Source: Wenzhouxiangellaceae bacterium (GTDB taxonomy: Bacteria > Pseudomonadota > Gammaproteobacteria > Xanthomonadales > Wenzhouxiangellaceae). From it: a stretch of DNA of 64,000 nucleotides. The stretch lies in assembly GCA_028289455.1 (NCBI GenBank), contig JANQPN010000074.1, forward strand, positions 2,147 through 66,146, given 5' to 3'. Each line of letters starts with the position of its first letter. The first letter of the stretch is position 1. Positions 1 through 10,057 of the stretch are shown one piece after another. The position numbers and the translations under genes are program-made. The notes under the pieces are model-generated. The model had not been told where the DNA came from and searched no databases. It was given only the letters and a program-made list of their open reading frames with translations.

Positions 1-1978
1 CCAGGTCAAGATCGCACAGGGTCTCGTTGATAATGCTGACAGTCAGTGTTTCATCGGGCAGGCTGATGCTGCTGGAACCGGTCAGGCTGATATCAAAGGT
101 TTCGGTGTCCTCGGATACGTCATCACCAAGTATGGTCACGGCCAGCTGCGCCTGTGTGCTGCCGGCCAGAAACTGCAGCGTGCCGGAATTGGCAAGGTAA
201 TCTGATCCGGCCGTCGCAGTGCCATCAACGGTCTCAAAGTCTACGGTAATGTCACTGTCGATAGACTCAGCCATCGTCAATGTGACTATCAGCTGGGTGC
301 TGGTGCCGGCAATGCCCGGTTCGTCAACCGTTTTACAATCCTCGGCATCGTCGTTGTCACAATCGGCTGTTATATCGGGTGTTGAATCGTCGTTGTTGAT
401 GGTGATATCGGCCTCGTCAGCATCATTTTTGATCACCGCATTGATGGCATTCTCGAGATTGAGGGTAAAAATTTCATCGTCTTCAAAATCAGTGTCGGGA
501 ATAATCGGCACCTGAATGGATTGGGTTAACGAGGCGCTTTCACCCGGAAAGGTGAGGGTGCCTTCGGCACGCTCGTAATCGATGCCAACCAGGGCTGTGT
601 CATCGCGGGTGAAATAATTTACCTCGATATCATCACCGGCGGGGTGAGCTCGCGTGAGCGCTACATCAATTACTGCCACATTTTGAATGCCGCGCGTCGG
701 ATCGCCTTCCTGGACCGAGACCGAACTGACTTCAATTTCAGCCGGCAGAAAGATTTTGCTGACATAAAAGAAACCAAAATTGTCAGTCAGGCCGGTGGCC
801 TGCGCCATCAGAATGTTGCCGTCCTGGGCAAAAGTCACATCATTGCCTTCATTGCAGTCGCCAGGCGAGAAAACCGTCTCAGGATCCACATCGGCATCAA
901 AAGCCAGTTGGGCCTCAATGGTACAGTCACTGCCGGAGGTCAGCTCTGTGGTAACCACATAATCCTGAGTGGCTGAGTTGCCGCCAAGGCTGGGACTGTT
1001 ACCGGAAACCAGCGTTTCCTGTGAATCTGCTATGTCGCCATCCAGTAGCAGGTTGGCGGAATAGGCGTTGTCGCCATCGGTCCATGCGACCACGTATTCA
1101 CCATTTTCATAGGCAACCGCCAGTGGGTCATAGAAATTCGAAGCGTCATTGCCGTCGTCATCCTCAACCTCATCGTTGAGTTGGGTGGCATCGCTGATAG
1201 CTGTTCCTGATTCACGGTAGGTGATGGCATAGATATTGCCCGCACAGCTGTCATCATCACGATCAACCGGCTCTACCCAGGTAATAATCAAATCACCGGA
1301 AGCACTGCTGGCTACATCGGAAAGGTCGCAATCAGCAATCAGAAAATCGTCGGCAATCGCGTCAAACAGCAGCACGTTATCCTGAAAGGTGCCTGCACTG
1401 TCATAGTAGAAAAACTCTGTTTCAAACAGGCTGAAGGTGTCCACATCGGTTTCCGAACTGCCCACTACCCAGAAAGTATTTTCCGTGACCGCCAGATTCA
1501 CATCCCACCAGAAGCCCGCGTCGGTGGAGAACTCAATCGCGTCAAACAGATCATTGCCGTCTATATCAAAACCCTGCACAAAGGCTTTGTCGTCACCGGT
1601 CCACAGCACATACATGTCATTCTCGTCGTTAATGCCGACATCCAGATTGGAGAGATCAATGCTGTAGCTGGTGCCCGTGGTCGACAGGGTGCCCAGACTG
1701 GAGATTAAGATATTCGAGATTTCATCGCCATCAGAGTCGTGAACGTAACAGTCGATGTTATACCGGGTGCCCTCGGCTACCGGGCTGACTGAAAAGCCCA
1801 CACAGGTAACGATGTTGCCGGTGGCCGCATCGCTGTCGAGGCTGAAGATAATGTCATCCACGCTGGAATTGTAATTGCCGACATTGATGAAATCCTCATC
1901 AATACTCACCAGTTCAGCGTGTAGCTGACTGATGGTTCCAAGGGTAAGCAGGGTTGCGATAATAATAAGCCGTTTCAT
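1..1978 (-). CDS. Giant exported Calx-beta repeat protein, copy 1 (first ~659 codons only; 3' end lies beyond the left window edge)
   Basis: The minus-strand frame is open from the ATG at 1976-1978 to position 1. GGAGGA lies 7 nt upstream, and the N-terminus MKRLIIIATLLTLGTI is signal-like. It is absent from the ORF track because no stop falls in the window. The translation shares AYENGEYVVAW, two Calx-beta-like blocks (..VDGTATAGSDY..) and IINETLCDLDL with the 1230-aa protein at 4939..8631. Confidence 0.85.
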   Translation of the reverse strand, partial: MKRLIIIATLLTLGTISQLHAELVSIDEDFINVGNYNSSVDDIIFSLDSDAATGNIVTCVGFSVSPVAEGTRYNIDCYVHDSDGDEISNILISSLGTLSTTGTSYSIDLSNLDVGINDENDMYVLWTGDDKAFVQGFDIDGNDLFDAIEFSTDAGFWWDVNLAVTENTFWVVGSSETDVDTFSLFETEFFYYDSAGTFQDNVLLFDAIADDFLIADCDLSDVASSASGDLIITWVEPVDRDDDSCAGNIYAITYRESGTAISDATQLNDEVEDDDGNDASNFYDPLAVAYENGEYVVAWTDGDNAYSANLLLDGDIADSQETLVSGNSPSLGGNSATQDYVVTTELTSGSDCTIEAQLAFDADVDPETVFSPGDCNEGNDVTFAQDGNILMAQATGLTDNFGFFYVSKIFLPAEIEVSSVSVQEGDPTRGIQNVAVIDVALTRAHPAGDDIEVNYFTRDDTALVGIDYERAEGTLTFPGESASLTQSIQVPIIPDTDFEDDEIFTLNLENAINAVIKNDADEADITINNDDSTPDITADCDNDDAEDCKTVDEPGIAGTSTQLIVTLTMAESIDSDITVDFETVDGTATAGSDYLANSGTLQFLAGSTQAQLAVTILGDDVSEDTETFDISLTGSSSISLPDETLTVSIINETLCDLDL

Positions 1979-3351
1979 GGCGAAGTCCTCCGGATTCCAT
2001 TCCCGTTCCCGGTCAGGGATTGATAAGACATGGCAAACAGCCGATAAGCGGTCAGGTAATCCTGCTGGTTATAGGCCACATCCCCATCAGCCAGCAGCGA
2101 CAGCGCAGTGTTGGTGTTAGCGCCTAATCCCTGGTACGCAGTGATCGCTGCGATCACAATTTCACGTGCCGCTTCCAACTCGCCGCCAGCTGATTGAGGC
2201 AGCATAAAACGCACGATATGACTGTCCGAATCGGCCAGGGCAGCCACCAGCAATGCCTTGCTGGCTTGGCCCAGGCTGCCGGTCAACTCGGTCTGCAGAC
2301 TGTCCAGACTGGTTTGCAGATCGGTTAACGATGAAATGATCGACTGTGTGTCCGTGCGTATTTCCCCGGCGGTTTCCTGGGCATCGTCGGCCCGGGTCTG
2401 GGCATCTTCAACGTCGATCTGATTTTCCTGCACCCTCAATTGGATGTCGCTGGAGACGGAAATCAGGTCATTGGCATCGGCCATTAATTCATCCAGCTCA
2501 TCCAGTGCATTTTGTAAATCATTTTCGATGCTGGTCAGATCAGTGCTCAGACTGGTATCTAAATCGCTCAGGCTTGAGATGTTGCTGCTTACTGTAGTCT
2601 GTACGTCATCGACGGAGTCTTGTGACGCCCGGCTGGAGCTGGTGGCATCAACAAAATCACTGAGGTGGTCAGCAATGTTCTCCTGAGTTTCCAATAATGC
2701 TTCAAGGTAGGCATCGCGCTGTTCTTCCAGACACGCGACGGCGCCTAGATAAATAAACTTAAAAGCATCGTTCAAAACCGATTCAACTTTGCAGCTTTCA
2801 GATGCATTGAATCCGCCAATTTCCTGGATACAAACCCAACGTGTCACCGACAGTACCTCACGCACAATGCTCCAGACACTAAAAGCAGCAAAAGTAGTGG
2901 TCGCATTGATCAGAGAACACTGGGAAATGGTGAGTTCGGGTTCGGGGAATTCAATGTTGCGGGTTTGATGGCCAAACTGCATGTCTGCCAGGGCATCGTC
3001 CAGCTCTGCTTCTGCCCGAATCAGGCGTTCTTCCAGACTTGCCAGAGGAGGTGCTCCGGCTGCCAGCATCTCCAGCGTCGGGGTATCCATCAACTGCACG
3101 TCAAGTTGCAGGTTTTGAATCTCCGCCAGACCCTGCATGTTGTCGGTGACCTGCATGGCTGTCTCCATGGCCAATAATGACCGTATTAACAGCGCACGTA
3201 CTGCCTCGCCGTCATTTTGCTGCATCGGTGCCGGCGTCGGGCTGGTAACAGGCGAAGCGGGCGCCTCAGCAGTGGACTTTTGCGCATTCGCGATAGGCGC
3301 CAGCAGCAATATCAGCAGCAGGGCGATTGAATGATGTCGTTTGGAAATCAT
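1975..3351 (-). CDS. Exported helical protein, type A, cassette 1 (unassigned family)
   Basis: ORF 1975..3366. The preferred start is the ATG at 3349-3351 (MISKRHHSIALLLILLLAPIANA-Q), with GAGGAG 7 nt upstream. Its stop overlaps the giant-gene start as ATGA. It is a paralogue of 8628..10052, sharing CL(E/Q)EQRDAYL and four conserved Cys. Confidence 0.85.
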   Translation of the reverse strand: MISKRHHSIALLLILLLAPIANAQKSTAEAPASPVTSPTPAPMQQNDGEAVRALLIRSLLAMETAMQVTDNMQGLAEIQNLQLDVQLMDTPTLEMLAAGAPPLASLEERLIRAEAELDDALADMQFGHQTRNIEFPEPELTISQCSLINATTTFAAFSVWSIVREVLSVTRWVCIQEIGGFNASESCKVESVLNDAFKFIYLGAVACLEEQRDAYLEALLETQENIADHLSDFVDATSSSRASQDSVDDVQTTVSSNISSLSDLDTSLSTDLTSIENDLQNALDELDELMADANDLISVSSDIQLRVQENQIDVEDAQTRADDAQETAGEIRTDTQSIISSLTDLQTSLDSLQTELTGSLGQASKALLVAALADSDSHIVRFMLPQSAGGELEAAREIVIAAITAYQGLGANTNTALSLLADGDVAYNQQDYLTAYRLFAMSYQSLTGNGNGIRRTSP

Positions 3352-3362
3352 GTGACTGCTCC

Positions 3363-4697
3363 TCATTTGCCGTTACCGAAATCAACCAGAGACTGATAAG
3401 CCTGAGCAAACAGCTCATAGGCCGTCAGGTACTCCGAATTGTTATAGGCAACGTCCCCCAGTGCTACCAGAGACAGTGCTGTGCCGGTATCACCCAGATT
3501 CAGATTCTGCAGTGCCAGTACGGCTTGAATCACAATTTCTCTGGCGGTTTCGAGTTGGCCACCGGCTGCAGCAGGTAATGCGTACTCAGGTACTACAAAC
3601 CCGGGACGGGTTAATGCCGCTGCAATGGTGTCCTGATTGACCTGTCCATAACCACTGTTCAGATCACTGGACACGCTATCCAGATCATCCTGAATACTGG
3701 CCACGCTGCTGATTATGCTCTGGGTATCAGTGCGAATTTCTTCAGTGCTTTCCTGTAGATCGGCGGTTGTCGTTTGGACGTCTTCGATGTCAATCTGATT
3801 TTCCTGTACCCGCAGTTGAATATCTGCAGCTATTGAAGCCAGATCGGTCATGTCAGCCAGTAATGTGTCCAGATCCGACAGACTGGTGTCCAGATTGGCA
3901 TCGATGGTTGTGAAACCAGTGTCCAGCTCATCCTGAATCGAGCTGATGCTGGTCATGCTGGTATCCACGTCGGTTTGCAGATCATCCACAGAATCCTGGG
4001 TTGCCCTGCTGGAGGTGGTCACATCATCCACAAATATGTTCAGATAACGACCAATATTTTGAGTCAGCTCCAGGGATGTCTCGCCCTTGGCTGCGCGTTG
4101 CTGATCACGACAGAATTTAGCGTTTTCATATAGCAGATCCGCGGTGTTCTTAGCGAATGACAAGACTACACAGAGCAGTGCACCATTAACACCGTCCACA
4201 CTTTCCAGGCAGGTAAATTCTTTGGCAGCCAGGGCGGCGCCGGCCAGCTTGGAAACAGCTAATTCACTGAACGCAATGGCGCCGGTGGCGTAATCACAGA
4301 ACCCTGGTTCAACATTGACATTGGGAATATCGATTCCACCGTCATCTGCAGCGCGGGTGTTAACTGCCGGTGGTAATGGTGTCTGCAGTAAATGGATGAT
4401 TTCATCATGGTATGTATTAATCAGCTGCTGTAATTCCACCAGCGAATCATCACCGGCATTCAATGCCAACAATTCATCGTCGGACAGTGACTGCAACTGT
4501 GATTGGACATGAGCGGCCGAGTCCAGCAGTTCTGTCCGTCCGCTCAATTCACTGGACAGTTCGATCAACTCGATCAGGTCGGTATATGCCGAGCGGTATT
4601 CAGCGGCAGATTGCGCATGAACAGGCATTGCCCAATTCCACACAAATACACCCACAAGCAGGCTATACAGCATGCTCAATGCATTAAGGCGTTTCAT
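3363..4697 (-). CDS. Exported helical protein, type B, cassette 1 (unassigned family)
   Basis: 444-aa ORF with GGGAG 7 nt upstream of the ATG and signal peptide ..WNWAMPVHA-QS. It is a paralogue of 10058..11413, sharing FCRxxxRAAKGE, SSRATQDSVD and EIRTDTQ. Its stop overlaps the first ATG of the A1 ORF. Confidence 0.9.
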   Translation of the reverse strand: MKRLNALSMLYSLLVGVFVWNWAMPVHAQSAAEYRSAYTDLIELIELSSELSGRTELLDSAAHVQSQLQSLSDDELLALNAGDDSLVELQQLINTYHDEIIHLLQTPLPPAVNTRAADDGGIDIPNVNVEPGFCDYATGAIAFSELAVSKLAGAALAAKEFTCLESVDGVNGALLCVVLSFAKNTADLLYENAKFCRDQQRAAKGETSLELTQNIGRYLNIFVDDVTTSSRATQDSVDDLQTDVDTSMTSISSIQDELDTGFTTIDANLDTSLSDLDTLLADMTDLASIAADIQLRVQENQIDIEDVQTTTADLQESTEEIRTDTQSIISSVASIQDDLDSVSSDLNSGYGQVNQDTIAAALTRPGFVVPEYALPAAAGGQLETAREIVIQAVLALQNLNLGDTGTALSLVALGDVAYNNSEYLTAYELFAQAYQSLVDFGNGK

Positions 4698-4901
4698 CTG
4701 TTAACTCCCTTGGACATCATGTCCTCGCGGTTGTTGGTCCTATAAAAACGGGTGCTGGCACACCTTCTTTTTCATCTAATGGTCAATTCATTTGCTGGTT
4801 TGACCATACGGTTCAGTATACACAATCCAACAGTCTCAATTATGAAGATTTATAGGATTTTTTAATAGCCGGAAAATATTAAAGCAGCTGGTGAGGATCA
4901 G

Positions 4902-4924
4902 GCTTCCAGGCAGTGCCTGGAAGC
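4902..4924 (-). terminator. Stem-loop between the two cassettes (possible terminator or processing site, no U-tract)
   Basis: gcttccaggc-agt-gcctggaagc is a perfect 10-bp stem with a 3-nt loop. It lies 15 nt downstream of the stop of 4939..8631. Confidence 0.3.
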
Positions 4925-4938
4925 TGTTGAAAACACGG

Positions 4939-7900
4939 TTATTGTGTGCACATTGATGGCATCAGCGGGATGACTTCTTCAAATGAATCATCCAGCAGAA
5001 TATCTGTTTCACCGGCCGGTGTTGCAGTGCCGGTTACCCTGAGTTCGCTAAACTGCGCATTGTTGTCATTTACCATGAAGCCGGCGTAACCGAGCGGTTC
5101 ACTGAACATGGCTTCCAGCTCCAGCAGTTCCACGCCATCGATTTCGGCAAAGAAATTCACACCGTCAAAACCCAGGGTAAGATCATAAGGTGTATTCGGC
5201 ACTATCGAGACTACCGGCGCTTCGACCATGGTGGTTTCACCGCCGACCGTCTGGAACAGCCGCCAGGTATTGGCAAATTCATCCATGGCCAGACCGACGA
5301 AACTGGTGTCATCCTGATACCAGCCAACCATGGTTAGCACATCCATGCTGCCGTTGCTGGCAGTGGTTACTGTTACCGTCGATTCAATCTTACAATCCGT
5401 GCAGGCATTGGACATATCAATTGCCGTTCCCATGCCATTGCCCAGCAGGAAGCCGATCAACTGATCATCAACAACCGTCCAGTCGCCATCTGGGTCAAAC
5501 AGCCAGTCGACCGGCAGCCCGGTTTCAAACGGCTCGTAAATCAGGAAACCTTCCTGAACCAGGTCAATGTCGATAAGCGGCAGATTCTCCAGGCTGACCA
5601 ACAGCTGCATGGTGCCATTACGCGGGCTCTCGCTCAGGTTACTTTGCGCCTGAACCGTTGCCGTTTCATCGCCTTCACCAGCGCCGTTGGTCAATATTTC
5701 CAGCCAGTCCTGCTCTTCCACCAGCTGCCAGGTACAACCATCGGTCGCAGCAACATTCAGAGCAAACAATTCACCATCCGGACACAGGCCTAAGGAGGCA
5801 GGGTCTACGTCGAAAGAACATTCCTGCGCATTTTGATTGACGGTCAGAATTTCATCACCGATTAACACCGTTCCGGTCCGGCCTTCCACTGAAGGGTTAT
5901 CCAGCACGGCCAGGGTAACGGTTCCACCACCACTGCCTGATGCGCCATCGGCGATAATAATCCAGCTGTCCTGACTGGTGGCAGTCCAGCTGCAGGCACC
6001 TGGATCACTACCGGGCGCCAGTACATTCACTGGTACATTGTCATCTTCATCAGCAGTCACATTAATAGTCGACTGTTCAAGCGAATAACTGCAGCCGTCC
6101 TGGTTGATGGTGTAATCGAACTCATCACTGATCAGGGTAAAGCTGCGTGCAGGGTTTTCGACGTTGGTTTCGCCGGCGTTGTCACTAACAGTGAATTCCA
6201 GCACGCCGGTTCCGGTGGCTATTTCCAACGGTGATGTGACAGTCACCCATTCAACACTGCTGGTGCCCGCCCATTCGCAGGTTTCATCAGACGGCATAAC
6301 GGTAAAAGAGCCGCTTCCACCATCTACCGGAAAATCGGCACTGTCCATACTAAGGGTAAAGTCACAATCTCCATCCTGACCAACCATAAATACCAGCGGG
6401 TCCTGGGTAACCAGCGTATCGTTCAGGGTAACCATGATGCTGCCGTTACGCGCCTGCGGTTCTCCGGGAGCTGGGTCATATGGATCGGCAGTGAAGTCAA
6501 CCGTGGCAGTTCCTGTTCCGGAGCCTGTAGAAGGGTTGGTAATTGTGATCCAGTCTGAATCTGTGCTGATATCCCACAGACAACTGGTCTGGGTGCTGTT
6601 GACGGTGAAAGAGGGCGTCTGCCCATTGATCAGGCCGGCACTGTCCAACACCACTTCATTGGGATCAGGATCCAGATCCAGATTACACAGGTTCTCATTG
6701 ATGATGCTGAATGTGATGCTGGTTTCTATCAGACTGACTGTATCGGCTCCGGACAGCTCCAATATAAAGGTCTCGGTATTCTCATTAATCGTGTCGCCAA
6801 ACACCGTCAGCACAATGGTGGCTTCGGTGCCACCCGGTAAAAACTGCACACTGCCTGAAGCTGCCTGGTAGTCATCACCCGCCGTGGCAGTGCCATCGAC
6901 AGTGTCGTAATTAACCGTGACAATCCGGTCTATCGCCTCCGCCATGGTCAAAGTAATGAACAAGTCGACGGTTTCTCCCGGAGCCGGTTCATCGACATTA
7001 TCCGGACAGCTGCCTGAACCGCCTATGCCGCAGGAAAAACTGATGTCCGGAGAACTGTCGTCATTGATGATCAACACGGTACCGGTATCACCGCCATTCC
7101 TGATGACGGCATTGTCGGCATCTTCAATCACCATACTGAACAGTTCATTATCTTCAAATTCAGTATCGGAAATGATGGGAATAAATATTGACTGAGACTG
7201 CTCTCCACCACTGACGAACCTCAGTGTGCCTTGCACCGGCGTGTAATCAATGCCGGCTAGTGCTGTATCGTCACGGGGGAAATAAGATACCTCGATAGCC
7301 TCTCCATCCGGTTGTGGGCGATTGATGGTTACTTCCACGGTGGCCAGCGTTCCCTGACCGCGTTGCGGATCACCTTCCAGAATGGATGTGCTGCTGATTT
7401 CCAGTTCAGCAGGCAGGCCAATTCTGTAAACCAGAATATCGCCGTTCAGCTCATCATTACTGGCTCTTACCAGAATTATGCTGCCGTCTGACACAAACTG
7501 AATCTGCCGGTCCCAGTGGCACACACCGGTGAAAATATTAAACGTGACTGACGGTGAAATATCAGCATCCAAAGCCAACCGACCATTCACGCCACAGTCG
7601 TTATTGGCGTCGTCATAACCCAAAACAACGTAATCCTGGGTCGCAGCATTACCTCCTACACGAACATCACCTCCAACGCCAACAAGGCTGGACTGGGTCA
7701 CTATGCTGCCATCCAGCTGAAGATTAGCAGCATAAATTGCGTTGTCTGTATCTCTCCATGCAACCACATATTCGCCATTCTCATAGGCAATTGTGGCGGG
7801 ATCGTGGAAGTTGGAAAGGTCGCTGCCATCGTCCGGGTCAGTGATGCTATCGCTCAACTGCACCGAGTTGCTGATGTTATCGCCGTTCTCACGAATTGTC

Positions 7901-8631
7901 TCTGCGAAAACCGATCCTGCACATACGCCTTCAGTAGCGGTTATCGGCAGGTTTGGTTCCGTTCTTGCCAATATCACATCACCGGTTCGACTGACCGCTG
8001 CATCAATAACAGGGCCACATGAGACAAGTCCATATATATCGTTTACAAGTGAACCAAACAGCCTGTTAAGGACAAAACCACCATTGCTCCGGTCATGAAT
8101 CGCATAGTAACTCTGCAGACTTACCTCATCACTCGTAATCAACCGGTAAGAGCCGACAATCCAGAAATTGGACGGCGTCAATACCAGCGACAAATCGTCC
8201 CAGGTGGAAGTATCGGCCTCGGTTTCTTCGACTGCATTGAATAAAGCATCGCCATTGCTGTCAAACCCCTGCACAAATACCGACTGGCCGGCACCGTTGC
8301 TGCCAGTCCAAAGAACGTACATATCACTGTCATCATTGATCGCCACATCTACATGCATTCCATCAACATCGATGCCCTGTTTTACAACCGTCGTCAGCAC
8401 AGTGTTGTCATTGTCCATCCGCATACAGGTGATCTCTATGATCCCCGAGCGGTAACAGACGGCATATTCGCCGGTTACCGGGTTGGTATCCAATGCCACA
8501 GCCGTTCCGTTTATATCGACCGCATAACTACCGATGCTGGTATCGAAATCAAGGCTGATTAATTCGGCATATGTCGATGTGCTGGTGACCAGCAACCAGA
8601 GTGAAAAAATCTGTTTTATGTATATATTCAT
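4939..8631 (-). CDS. Giant exported multidomain protein, copy 2: N-terminal repeat (propeller-like) region, 2x Calx-beta, 4x BACON/Ig-like Cys-Trp modules, C-terminal LamG/jelly-roll-like domain
   Basis: 1230-aa ORF with signal peptide MNIYIKQIFSLWLLVTSTSTYA. Calx-beta signatures are GIDYTPVQGTLRFVSGGEQSQSIFIPIISDTEFEDNELF and GDDYQAASGSVQFLPGGTEATIVLTVFGDTINENTETF. Four modules fit the pattern C.W......W..(I/V)....G.G.G...(V/L), e.g. CLWDISTDSDWITITNPSTGSGTGTATV. Confidence 0.9.
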   Translation of the reverse strand: MNIYIKQIFSLWLLVTSTSTYAELISLDFDTSIGSYAVDINGTAVALDTNPVTGEYAVCYRSGIIEITCMRMDNDNTVLTTVVKQGIDVDGMHVDVAINDDSDMYVLWTGSNGAGQSVFVQGFDSNGDALFNAVEETEADTSTWDDLSLVLTPSNFWIVGSYRLITSDEVSLQSYYAIHDRSNGGFVLNRLFGSLVNDIYGLVSCGPVIDAAVSRTGDVILARTEPNLPITATEGVCAGSVFAETIRENGDNISNSVQLSDSITDPDDGSDLSNFHDPATIAYENGEYVVAWRDTDNAIYAANLQLDGSIVTQSSLVGVGGDVRVGGNAATQDYVVLGYDDANNDCGVNGRLALDADISPSVTFNIFTGVCHWDRQIQFVSDGSIILVRASNDELNGDILVYRIGLPAELEISSTSILEGDPQRGQGTLATVEVTINRPQPDGEAIEVSYFPRDDTALAGIDYTPVQGTLRFVSGGEQSQSIFIPIISDTEFEDNELFSMVIEDADNAVIRNGGDTGTVLIINDDSSPDISFSCGIGGSGSCPDNVDEPAPGETVDLFITLTMAEAIDRIVTVNYDTVDGTATAGDDYQAASGSVQFLPGGTEATIVLTVFGDTINENTETFILELSGADTVSLIETSITFSIINENLCNLDLDPDPNEVVLDSAGLINGQTPSFTVNSTQTSCLWDISTDSDWITITNPSTGSGTGTATVDFTADPYDPAPGEPQARNGSIMVTLNDTLVTQDPLVFMVGQDGDCDFTLSMDSADFPVDGGSGSFTVMPSDETCEWAGTSSVEWVTVTSPLEIATGTGVLEFTVSDNAGETNVENPARSFTLISDEFDYTINQDGCSYSLEQSTINVTADEDDNVPVNVLAPGSDPGACSWTATSQDSWIIIADGASGSGGGTVTLAVLDNPSVEGRTGTVLIGDEILTVNQNAQECSFDVDPASLGLCPDGELFALNVAATDGCTWQLVEEQDWLEILTNGAGEGDETATVQAQSNLSESPRNGTMQLLVSLENLPLIDIDLVQEGFLIYEPFETGLPVDWLFDPDGDWTVVDDQLIGFLLGNGMGTAIDMSNACTDCKIESTVTVTTASNGSMDVLTMVGWYQDDTSFVGLAMDEFANTWRLFQTVGGETTMVEAPVVSIVPNTPYDLTLGFDGVNFFAEIDGVELLELEAMFSEPLGYAGFMVNDNNAQFSELRVTGTATPAGETDILLDDSFEEVIPLMPSMCTQ

Positions 8632-10046
8632 TGTGCAAACCCCGGTTTGACTGGTGCGGTATTCGCTGTCAATGCCTGATAGGCCTGGGAAAACAAATCA
8701 TATGCGGCCAAATAATTCTGCTGGTTGTAAGCGGCATCACCCTGGGCCAGCAGGCTTTGGGCGGTTGTGGTTTTTGCGCCGATATTATTGAACGCCACGA
8801 TTGCCCGGATGACCACCTCCCGGGCCTGCTCCAACTCGCCGCCCACCGAGGCAGGGGCTTTAAAACGGATGATATTACTGTCCGGATCAGCCAATGCGTC
8901 GCTTAAAGCCGCCTGTGTCTGTTGTGTTAATCCCGACTGGATGCTATTTGAAATATCATCGAGGCTGGACTGGAAGGTACTGAGCGATGCAATCATTACT
9001 TGTGTATCTTCGCGAATTTCTGTGGCCTGTTGTTGCGCGTCAGCCGCACGCAGTTGAGCATCCTCAATATCAACCTGATTAACCTGGCTGCGGAACCGAA
9101 TGTCATCAACAATAGCGGTTAAACTGGTCAAATCGGCGGTTAATACATCAAGATCACTGATGACATTATTCAGGCTGTTTTCAGTACCCGTGAAGTCAGA
9201 ATTGAGTGAAGACTGCACCACGGATAATTTGGCATTTACATCATCAACATCACCCTGGAGTATATCCACTGAGTCCTGCGTGGCCCGACTGGCTACCGTG
9301 GTATCGATATATTCGTTTAAGTAATCGGCAATATTGGTTTCTGTATCCAGAATGGCCTGCAGGTAGGCATCACGTTGTTCCTGCAGGCAAAAATCTACTG
9401 CCAATGAGGAAAACTTGGCTGCATCGGTGGCGATATTGGCCGGTGAGCATAATTCTGCAGCATTCTCACCGGCTATGGTTTGTACACAACTCCATTTCAT
9501 GCCGGCCAGTACTTCTGCAACAATTCCCCAGGCAGTGATTAATGAAAAGCCCAGCTCAGATGGAATGTTCTGACACGGTCTGAAATCTGTACCTGGAACA
9601 ATCGCATCCACCTGAGGGTTGGGGAATTCTATTTCGCCGGACTCGGATGAATTTCGTGTAATAGGGATAGTCGGAAAATCCTGCGCAAGTGTAATAGACG
9701 TTTCAAGCGCCTGCTGCGCCTGCAGGGCGCGAGCCTGAAGTATTTCAATTGAAGGGAGATTCTGGATCATCAATTCAAGTTGTGAAATATCCATCAGCAT
9801 AATTTCACTGTTGAGCTGGTCAAGAAATGCCTGCTGTTCAACTGAGCCGGTGTACTGTACGGTTAGCTCCAATGTTTCAGTTAACGTCAGCATGAGCTGC
9901 TGAAACCCATCTACTGTATTACCTGAATCCATTGACCGGGTATCTGAACGATCAGAAATACCTCCACCGGTAAAATCCTGTGCTGAAGCAGGCTGAGTGG
10001 CTAAAACTGCAGCAACGATCAGTACGACTAGAAATGGTTTAATCAT
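8628..10046 (-). CDS. Exported helical protein, type A, cassette 2 (unassigned family)
   Basis: ORF 8628..10052. The preferred start is the ATG at 10044-10046 (MIKPFLVVLIVAAVLATQPASA-QD), because GGAGA at 10053-10057 directly abuts the first ATG. Its stop overlaps the giant-gene start as ATGA (8628-8631). Confidence 0.85.
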   Translation of the reverse strand: MIKPFLVVLIVAAVLATQPASAQDFTGGGISDRSDTRSMDSGNTVDGFQQLMLTLTETLELTVQYTGSVEQQAFLDQLNSEIMLMDISQLELMIQNLPSIEILQARALQAQQALETSITLAQDFPTIPITRNSSESGEIEFPNPQVDAIVPGTDFRPCQNIPSELGFSLITAWGIVAEVLAGMKWSCVQTIAGENAAELCSPANIATDAAKFSSLAVDFCLQEQRDAYLQAILDTETNIADYLNEYIDTTVASRATQDSVDILQGDVDDVNAKLSVVQSSLNSDFTGTENSLNNVISDLDVLTADLTSLTAIVDDIRFRSQVNQVDIEDAQLRAADAQQQATEIREDTQVMIASLSTFQSSLDDISNSIQSGLTQQTQAALSDALADPDSNIIRFKAPASVGGELEQAREVVIRAIVAFNNIGAKTTTAQSLLAQGDAAYNQQNYLAAYDLFSQAYQALTANTAPVKPGFAQ

Positions 10047-10057
10047 ATGCATTCTCC

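Noticed and set aside
5190-5576. 128-aa + strand ORF, plus many similar ORFs of 60-145 aa (e.g. 6434..6871, 7793..8098) inside the giant minus-strand gene.
   Set aside because: They lie antisense within a 1230-aa ORF that has clear domain structure. Their composition is Pro/Arg/Ser/Trp-rich and low-complexity, which is typical of shadow frames.
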